Positions 56,488 through 64,000 of a stretch of 64,000 nt of DNA are shown piece by piece. The stretch's first letter is position 1. The number at the start of each line of letters is the position of its first letter. The notes under the pieces were generated by a model. That model made no database searches. It saw only the letters and a list, made by a program, of their open reading frames with translations, and had not been told where the DNA came from. Source of the stretch: an uncultured virus (IMG/VR IMGVR_UViG_3300024999_000052) (Duplodnaviria > Heunggongvirae > Uroviricota > Caudoviricetes); the IMG/VR virus record IMGVR_UViG_3300024999_000052, one strand, 5' to 3'. The translations under genes were made by a program, and so were the position numbers.

Positions 56488-56841
56488 ATGCAAGAAATAA
56501 AATTTAGGGCCTATTTTGAAAATAAATTCTGGTATTTTACCTTAAACGAAGTTATGGAAAGAGCAACTACATATCATGGAGATTGGGATATTCAAGCTTT
56601 AAGAGCAGAAAAACAGCAATTTTCAGGATTAAAAGATCAAAGCGACAAGAAGAATGAAGTATATGAAGGTGATATTATTGAGGAAATTGGTTGGCAGGGT
56701 TATTATTATATTGTTGAATTTTTAGATTGTGCATTTTATAGACATGTTCCTATTGGTTTTCGTACAAAGCATGTTAAATTAGATGAATTGATGGATATTC
56801 AGGTTGTTGGGAATAAGTTTGATAATTTAGATTTGTTATGA
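56488..56841 (+). CDS. YopX family protein
   Basis: EIKFRAY..QFSGLKD..EVYEGDII..VVGNKFDNLDLL. Confidence 0.85.
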   Translation: MQEIKFRAYFENKFWYFTLNEVMERATTYHGDWDIQALRAEKQQFSGLKDQSDKKNEVYEGDIIEEIGWQGYYYIVEFLDCAFYRHVPIGFRTKHVKLDELMDIQVVGNKFDNLDLL

Positions 56842-56881
56842 GAATAATTACGTACTATGAATATCAAAATTAATTAAATAT

Positions 56882-57373
56882 TTGGAAGGATATATAGATA
56901 CTGAAGATTTACCTATGTTAATAGAATTGGATTATCATTGGAGCTTAATGTGGAATGTTCATTCTCAAAATTGGTATGCAAGAACACTAGAATATTATGT
57001 AGATGAACACGGAAAACGTAAAACTAGACTTCATTCTTTACATAGAGAAATAATGCAAGTGTTTGATAAACTTTTAGTTGTAGACCATATAGAACATAAA
57101 AATACTGGTACACTAAATAATAGGAAATCAAATTTAAGAGTTGCAAGTGATGGTCAGAATAGCAAAAATCGTAAAAGTAAAAATGTTAATAATAAAAGTG
57201 GATTTAGGAATGTATTTTGGGATTCAAAAGACAAAAGATGGTTAGTAATGTTGCAGGTAAATAAAAAACAAACCTGTTTTGGCAGATTTAAGCTTGAAGA
57301 TTTAGAAAAAGCAGGGGCGAGAGCAGAGGAAGCAAGACAAGAAATTTATAAAGAGTTCGCAGGAAAAAGTTAA
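56882..57373 (+). CDS. HNH-AP2 endonuclease (possibly N-truncated)
   Basis: LHREIM..VDHI..LNNRKSNLR..N; SGFRNV..W AP2-like domain. Confidence 0.8.
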   Translation: MEGYIDTEDLPMLIELDYHWSLMWNVHSQNWYARTLEYYVDEHGKRKTRLHSLHREIMQVFDKLLVVDHIEHKNTGTLNNRKSNLRVASDGQNSKNRKSKNVNNKSGFRNVFWDSKDKRWLVMLQVNKKQTCFGRFKLEDLEKAGARAEEARQEIYKEFAGKS

Positions 57374-58587
57374 ATACATAAATAATATATAATTATTGAC
57401 ACTGAGGCTGATTAGTTATATAATGTGGTTAATCAGTTCTCAGTAATAATCCCATAAATGAATCGTTTGAAAGGAGTGTTGTTAATGGATAAATGGGAAG
57501 TACTTAAAGAACAGTTGGAGAAAATCGGTAGAACTCAAACCGTATTCGTTGGTCATGTCTTAATGATGATGGAAGTTTTAGAGAAGAATCCAGATTGGGA
57601 TTTAAAACGTGATGGTATGAAAGCGGAGATGTTTGAGCAATAATGAAAAGAAGCATCGAATGGCAGAATACTCGAAATGCTAATTATATCTATATTCGTA
57701 ACCGAATATCAAATATTTCTCCAGGAATTGTAAGTAAATTAGGATACAATGAATCAGATAGGGTAATTATAGGATTCTCAGATGATAGAAAATTATTATA
57801 TATCAAGAAACAAGATAATGGTTTGAAACTGTCTGTAATCCATAAAAATTGTTATGGAAGAACTTTTAGCTCTATTGCTCTTATTAAGAATTTTGGTGAT
57901 ATTATTGGTACTTATGAATTTGATAGTATTGATGATGAGGGTGTAGTTATATTAAGGAAAGTATGAGGAGTGAAAGTTTAAAATGACAAGAGAAGATTCT
58001 TTAAGAATTTTAGATAAATGTATCGAAGAATTAAATAATATGAGTCAAAAGGAATTTGATAAAAGAATGTTACAACAAGGTTCATTTTTTGATGAATATT
58101 CATATGAAGATAATGGTTTTTGCTTGGTATTGTCTGATGGTAGGCGCATATGATTTATCAAATTAGTTGGATAGAACATGCTATTGTGCGTCTTAGAGAA
58201 GACAATGAGAAGGTTAGTAGTGTAAATGGTGATATGACTATTGAGGATTTTATTAGAGAGTTTTGTGGTGAAGAATTGTATAAGGTAATTAAATACTAGA
58301 GAATGATGAATTAGATAACAAGTGAATTATTTGAAGTAAATGTATTTTGTGATATAGTTGAATGTATAAGAATAGAAAGGTAGGTTTTTAACAATGACTA
58401 ACAATGAAGCTCAATCTTATGCTGATGTAGCACTATACAATTTAATTAAAGTAGGAGTAGTTAAAGTTAAAAACAAGAAGGAAATTTTAAATAAACTAGA
58501 CAGAGAAATGTATTACTTAATGGACAATTATTCAGAAGATGAAATAGTTGAGAAAATGGAAAGAATTATGATTAAGGAGGAAGAATA

Positions 58588-59008
58588 ATGAATTTAGAAC
58601 AAGCAATTTCAATAGCATCATTAGCTCATGAGGGACAAGTAGACAAAGGTGGAGAATCTTATATTTTACATCCAATTAGGGTTATGATGAAACTTAAAGA
58701 TGAGAAACAAAGAATTGTTGCTGTATTGCACGATGTTATTGAAGATACGGATTTGACTGATGTTGATTTGGAAGTTGAGGGGTTGGATATTGAATTAGCA
58801 ATTAAGTAAAAGCAGAGATGAAAGTTATGATGAGTATATTGACCGTATAAGCAAAGATGAATTTGCTATACAAGTAAAATTAGCAGATTTAGAAGACAAT
58901 ATGGATATGTCGAGACTTAAAAATCCAACAGGTAAAGATTATGAACGCGTAGTCAAGTATGGTAAAGCTAGAGAGAAGTTAATGAATGCTTTAGTTGATA
59001 TGCAATAA
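58588..59008 (+). pseudogene. HD-domain (Mesh1/SpoT-hydrolase-like) protein, frameshifted near 58800
   Basis: AHEGQVDKGG..YILHP..AVLHDVIED; continues in another frame ESYDEYIDRI..VKLADLEDN. Confidence 0.8.
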
Positions 59009-59040
59009 ATAAAAAATAATAGAAAGGAAAGATTTTAAAT

Positions 59041-59940
59041 TTGACAAGAGCAGAATATACCCAAATGTTGTGGGAGAAATATCATAAATTGAATAAAGAT
59101 AATATAGTAGAAAGGAGGTGTACTGCTTGTTATAAATGGTTAGAAGAAAATACTGATAATTTTTATTTGAAAAATAAATCATATCCAGAATTGGGATTTT
59201 CGCCTGAATGTAGAAAATGTACTATAAAAAGAACTGATAAAAATAGAAGTGAAAAATATGATGATTATTATCGTGATTATAATAAACAATTATATTTAAA
59301 AGATCCAGAAAAATTTAAAGAGCATGATAAAATAAATGTTAGAAGTAAACCAGAACAATACAAACAAAAGAAAAAAGAATGGAGACAAGATCATCCTGAA
59401 AAGTGTAGAGATTATTCTAAACTACATAGGGTACATGATATCACAGAGGTAGAATGGAGATCATGCTTAAAAGTATTCGAAAACACATGTGCTTATTGTG
59501 GATCACCTCTCGAAAAACACATTGCAATGAGAAATGGCAGATATATAATTATGAATTTCCACAAAGAGCATGTAGATGATAAAGGATACAATGACCTGAG
59601 AAACGCTGTACCTGCTTGTCAACATTGTAATAGTAGTAAGCGTCAATACTCAATCGAAGAATGGTATTTTAAGCAAAAATTCTTTTCAATAGATAAATAT
59701 ATAAAAATTCTTTGGTGGATTAATGAAGAATATAAAGATTATATTGAAGATAAACCGCCCTATAGAATTGTTAGAAAACAAAATGAAGACAAGAAAAGTT
59801 TTCATTGGCAATTATGGGTTGTTGACGAATACAGAAATATGATAGAATATATACATATAGGAGACAAGAAAAAAGATATACAAAAATGGATTGAAGTTAA
59901 TAAAACTAAATTAGAAGAGGAATTTGACTGGAAATTATAA
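59041..59940 (+). CDS. HNH endonuclease (paralog of 26893..27822)
   Basis: CAYCG..HKEHVDD..DLRNAVPACQHCNSSK. Confidence 0.85.
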   Translation: MTRAEYTQMLWEKYHKLNKDNIVERRCTACYKWLEENTDNFYLKNKSYPELGFSPECRKCTIKRTDKNRSEKYDDYYRDYNKQLYLKDPEKFKEHDKINVRSKPEQYKQKKKEWRQDHPEKCRDYSKLHRVHDITEVEWRSCLKVFENTCAYCGSPLEKHIAMRNGRYIIMNFHKEHVDDKGYNDLRNAVPACQHCNSSKRQYSIEEWYFKQKFFSIDKYIKILWWINEEYKDYIEDKPPYRIVRKQNEDKKSFHWQLWVVDEYRNMIEYIHIGDKKKDIQKWIEVNKTKLEEEFDWKL

Positions 59941-60795
59941 AGCAATTTCCTATAAGTCAAAAGATTTAATGGATGAGAAAGGTGAGTTTTGGTGAAGAAA
60001 ATACCTGAGACTCAAGAAGAATGGATTAAATATGGGAATATTAAAGCCGGAGCAAAGAAAAGAATAATTCCAGTAGTTGAAATTCCATTAGAAGATATTG
60101 CTATAATGTGGAGTTATGAGTATCAAGCAAAGTATATTGATGTAAATGATGGAATATTGCAATGTATATTAGCTTCTAATTCATTAATCAGTCTTAAAAA
60201 AGAAGTGAAAAGGAGAAAATGGGTTTTAGCTTGGTTGACTACATCTAATGGAGCATTTTCGTATGGGCAAGAAGTGGTGGATGAATATCCTTATTGCCCT
60301 AAATACAGATAGTTTGAAAGTAGAGACTTATGGGAAAGGAGGATCTAAATGATAAAGAAAATAAATGAACTATGTGAAGCATTAGGATTAGAAAAAGTAC
60401 AAACTACCTGTCCTAAATGTGCTAATAGTTATATTAGTCTATATAAGTTAGTTGACGAAACTTGTCATACAAAACTTATTGCATGTTACTGTAATAAATG
60501 TAATTATGAATGGGTTGCTGAAGATTTACGATAATTTTAAGGTTTTAAACTAATGGAGGTGTTTTTAAGATGGAAAAATATAATATCAATATGACAATTG
60601 AAGTTAATGACGGAATAGAATTTGATAAAAAGTTTATTGAATTTCTTGAAACCAATACTAAAAATTATGAATTAGAATTAAAGAGAATTTATACTAAAGA
60701 AGAAGAAGAAATTATTAAAGGTTTAATTAGTATAGCAATTATAAAATAATTCCGTGGAAATAGATATTAGATGGGAATTTGAAAGGATGATTAAA

Positions 60796-61338
60796 ATGCG
60801 AGGTAGTGACAAAGATATCAGTATATTTGTAAGTTTAATATTGAGGCATAAACCAGAGGTAATTGGATTGAAGTTAGATACTTATGGGTATATCAATGTA
60901 AACGAATTGTTAGAGGGTATAAATAAAACTGGTCGATTTATAGATATTAAGCTATTACAAAAGATAGTGACAGAAGACAATAAACAACGATATAAATTTA
61001 ATGAGGATTGTACAAAAATTAGAGCCAATCAAGGTCATTCAATAAAAGTGAATTTAGAATTAGAAGATAAAATTCCACCAGATGTATTGTATCATGGTAC
61101 AGCATCAAGGTTTACAGGTAAAATACTTAGAGAAGGTATTTTAAAACAATCTAGGGAGTATGTTCATCTATCTAGTAATATTGACACAGCTATTTCAGTC
61201 GGAAAGAGACATGGAAATCCAATAATATTAAAAGTAAATGCCAAACAAATGAATACAGATGGTTTCAAATTCAAATTATCGGATAATAATGTATGGCTTA
61301 CAGATATTGTTCCAATTAAATATATTGTAATAATGTAA
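60796..61338 (+). CDS. kptA: RNA 2'-phosphotransferase Tpt1/KptA
   Basis: SLILRHKP, KQRY, IRANQGHS, LYHGT, REYVHLS, VGKRHG, NNVWLT. Confidence 0.93.
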   Translation: MRGSDKDISIFVSLILRHKPEVIGLKLDTYGYINVNELLEGINKTGRFIDIKLLQKIVTEDNKQRYKFNEDCTKIRANQGHSIKVNLELEDKIPPDVLYHGTASRFTGKILREGILKQSREYVHLSSNIDTAISVGKRHGNPIILKVNAKQMNTDGFKFKLSDNNVWLTDIVPIKYIVIM

Positions 61339-61387
61339 AATTAACATAGTTATTCAAACACGCAATTTAAAGAAAGGTGGATACAAA

Positions 61388-61777
61388 ATGAATTTATATA
61401 TAGTTGAATTTAAACACTATTCTCCAAAGGATAGTGAAAAAGGTATTAAGGGTTATATAGTAGCTAAGGATGATGAGGAAGTTTATGAATTTATAAAATC
61501 AGAACCAGAAATGCATGGAGAAACAATGTATAATTCTTACGCAGATAAAGAAAATGATGGAGAAGAAACTGATATCTATGATGACGATGATAATGTAATT
61601 GGAACGGAGACGTTTAAAGATAGAATTATAGGATGTCATGGTGATATGTATGATGAATATTCAGAAGTCAGTGACTTATATTATGGTGCTACTCAATATG
61701 GATGGACTTGTGTAATTAAAGATATTACAAGTAAAGATGCAGAAGGACTAAGATATTTGGGAATTTTACAAAATTAA
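61388..61777 (+). CDS. Acidic hypothetical protein
   Basis: HYSPKDS..DLYYGATQYGW; flanked by junction motifs. Confidence 0.65.
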   Translation: MNLYIVEFKHYSPKDSEKGIKGYIVAKDDEEVYEFIKSEPEMHGETMYNSYADKENDGEETDIYDDDDNVIGTETFKDRIIGCHGDMYDEYSEVSDLYYGATQYGWTCVIKDITSKDAEGLRYLGILQN

Positions 61778-62662
61778 TATAATCACTTCAATCAATCATT
61801 TAAAATTATGAAAGAAGGAATTAATTATGATATGTTTAAAGAAAAAACAATTGATTGCTAATATGAAAAAATCTACTCATAGAACTTGATTATAAAATTT
61901 CTAAGATGAAGGATAGATTAGTATTTTCCTATATGTTTAATACGGCATGGAATAAAGATGCTATTAAAAAACAAGAAACTGAATTAGAAGATTTAGAAGA
62001 CAAAAGACGTAGATTAATAAAAATTTAATCATCTTTTCACTGGTAAAACCTAGTATTTTTAGATATAATGGAGCATGAGAGATGTTAACGAGGTGAAAAT
62101 CATGCAAGATATTATTAATACAATTAAAATATCAACTAATCCCAATGAAGTAAAACAAATCCTAAAACCATTGAAAATCAAGGATGTGATCAATGTTGCA
62201 AAAGCTTTGGATGTTTATATCAGAGGGAATGAGAACAAAACTGAGATTATTGGTAATATTATTTTAGGGATTATAAAATATAAGAGGAGTGATTAAAATG
62301 GGAGTACAACGCAAAGGTTGCTACATGTTAATTAATTCAAAATGTACTAGAATTAATGGTTGTTGGATGCAGAAAGGATTTGGTGAATATTAATGCAGAC
62401 AGAAGTAAAAGTTCTTCTCACAAATGAATCTGGTCAATGGTTATGGGTGGTGCAGGATCTTGAGACAAAAGAATTATTAAAAGAATTTTATACTTATCCA
62501 GAGGCAGAAAAATATTGTAATGACAATGGATATGAGATTAAACTTTTTGGTAAGAAAACTGTGTACACTAAACGTAAAAATAAAATTTATTAAAGTAGTT
62601 GACGTATAGAACATAGATATGATAGAATATGGTAGAGGAAATTTGAGAGGTGCGGAGATAAA

Positions 62663-62890
62663 ATGGATTTAAATACAATCAGTAATCTAATGGATGAAGA
62701 ATTAAAAATATGTTTTGATGAAATAGTTGATTATAGGAAGAAAGGAATTATGTCGGTGAATACTTTGACGAGAAAAGTAAGAAGTAATCTCGCAAAAGAA
62801 ATTGGAAAAATAGATTGGGATCTAGGATGTGACTCAACTAGCAATTATATTATGTTTGAAATTGCTAAAAGACATTACGGAGCATCTTAG
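62663..62890 (+). CDS. Hypothetical protein (family with 19750 and 38998)
   Basis: DEELKICFDE..IMFEIAKRHY; promoter at 62599. Confidence 0.65.
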   Translation: MDLNTISNLMDEELKICFDEIVDYRKKGIMSVNTLTRKVRSNLAKEIGKIDWDLGCDSTSNYIMFEIAKRHYGAS

Positions 62891-62904
62891 AATTAAATAT
62901 CAGA

Positions 62905-63057
62905 TTTGCCCAAATTACCTGTGCTGAGATGCGAAAGGTAAGCTAATCTTATAAGTGACTAATATAAGATAGTTGAAGTGTAATGGCAAACGTCCTAATT
63001 TGGCAACTGGGTTAGGATGAAGACGCTCCTTCCCCAAGGAAATGAACTTAGGGGATT
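62905..63057 (+). ncRNA. Candidate structured RNA / cis-regulatory element
   Basis: TTTGCC/GGCAAA, TTACCT/AGGTAA, ATCTTATA/TATAAGAT, CGTCCTAAT/GTTAGGATG, TCCCC/GGGGA stems in a GC-richer intergenic region. Confidence 0.45.
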
Positions 63058-63085
63058 TTATTGAAAATTTGAAAGGATGATTTAA

Positions 63086-63442
63086 ATGAAAGTTTTAGCA
63101 TTAAAACGTATTGGAGAAGATTCACATGGTAATGGAAAATATACTCTTGAATATCAAGAAAATAATACAAAAAATGAAAACAATTATGTTGAAAATCAAG
63201 TAGATGGTTATCCTGTTTATTTTAATTATAAAGGATTTACATTTGATGATCCAATTATTACGGAAGCTTTAACTAATTATTTTGATAAACAATCTCATAG
63301 TGATGATATTATTTCTTTTGAAAAACTTAAGGAAATGTTTGATGTGCATATGGAATTAAGGGATACTAATACAATTACTAAAATTAAGCGTATTTGTATT
63401 GAATACGCCATCCAAAAGTTAAAAGAAATTGATTTTGAGTAA
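63086..63442 (+). CDS. Hypothetical protein
   Basis: AAGGA RBS, 118 aa. Confidence 0.65.
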   Translation: MKVLALKRIGEDSHGNGKYTLEYQENNTKNENNYVENQVDGYPVYFNYKGFTFDDPIITEALTNYFDKQSHSDDIISFEKLKEMFDVHMELRDTNTITKIKRICIEYAIQKLKEIDFE

Positions 63443-63797
63443 AACTGCAAATCCTGAAACCATTGCTATATAAGGGTTTCAGGATACATAATATGGTTTA
63501 AAAGACGTATTTTATAAGGAGAGGATGGAAAATTAAAATTAAAAATGAAACATCTAAACAGACACATTTATGTTGTATTTCTTGTTTATGTAATTCATGT
63601 TCTATTATACATTGTATTGATTGTCCATGTGGAGAATGTGAGAGAATTCCAAATGAGTTCTGTAAATTTCATAGAACAGGAAAAGAGATTACATTCCATT
63701 CTAAGAATTAGTTAAGGGATAAGTTGTTTTACGCCATTAATTAAGTTAAACGATAAAAATTAAGATTCGAATGCTTTTAGAAAGAAGGATGAATAAA

Positions 63798-64000
63798 ATG
63801 GATGATCGTACAACTATTGAACATGAAAGCTTTGCAATGTTAGGTATCACAAGGAGTTCATGTAGTTTTAGTCAAAATTTATTTGGAAGCTCAATCCAAC
63901 ATAGTCATACTATAAGACTTAAAATTGCCCCTGCTAAAATTGATCGAATGTTGAATAGAGATTGGTTCCGCGCTAATACAAAATCATATATTGAAGTGGA
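63798..64000 (+). CDS. Hypothetical protein (runs off window edge)
   Basis: MDDRTTIEHESFAMLGITRSS..LFGSSIQHSHTIRL; RBS. Confidence 0.6.
   Translation, partial: MDDRTTIEHESFAMLGITRSSCSFSQNLFGSSIQHSHTIRLKIAPAKIDRMLNRDWFRANTKSYIEV

Larger units (their letters stand above)
28400..63800 (+). other. Dense array of roughly 90 small co-oriented hypothetical phage genes (individual ORFs as in the ORF track, + strand)
   Basis: Consecutive + strand ORFs, most with an AAGGAG/GAAAGG-type RBS. Confidence 0.8.

Noticed and set aside
5377..59182. Many short minus-strand and overlapping alternate-frame ORFs in the track (e.g. 6250, 17111, 23670, 27047, 36858, 43822)
   Set aside because: Shadows of well-supported + strand genes, no RBS
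62985..63030. GGCAAAC...GACGC resemblance to c-di-GMP-I riboswitch; GCTGAGA resemblance to TPP riboswitch
   Set aside because: GACGCAAAG junction, the second conserved stem and the TPP core elements are missing

Overview
AT-rich segment of what looks like a large (SPbeta/jumbo-like) Firmicutes phage or prophage, judged from SigA-type promoters, AAGGAG ribosome-binding sites and about 150 mostly small, co-oriented ORFs. No structural genes, tRNA, rRNA or CRISPR array were seen. (1) 1-2030 is a leftward block with a GIY-YIG fragment, a SerRS catalytic-domain-only gene, a radical SAM gene and a frameshifted MazG-like gene. (2) 2030-4190 is non-coding, with a sharp compositional skew inversion, repeats and palindromes. 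(3) 4.2-14.2 kb holds mostly monocistronic promoter-gene-terminator early units. (4) 14.7-29.4 kb is a structured transcription region. It contains three hammerhead ribozymes, a twister-like ribozyme, genes looped out by long G.U-containing stems, and about 15 intergenic hairpins carrying an AUAACA motif. (5) 26-64 kb is an array of small genes separated by a recurrent AAA(A)-N6-TTT(T)A junction motif, sometimes paired with a 25-bp palindrome. This array also encodes a tyrosine recombinase, HicA, Tpt1/KptA, an SF2 helicase, HNH nucleases, antirepressors and YopX. All calls are by eye from sequence motifs; no searches or folding programs were run.
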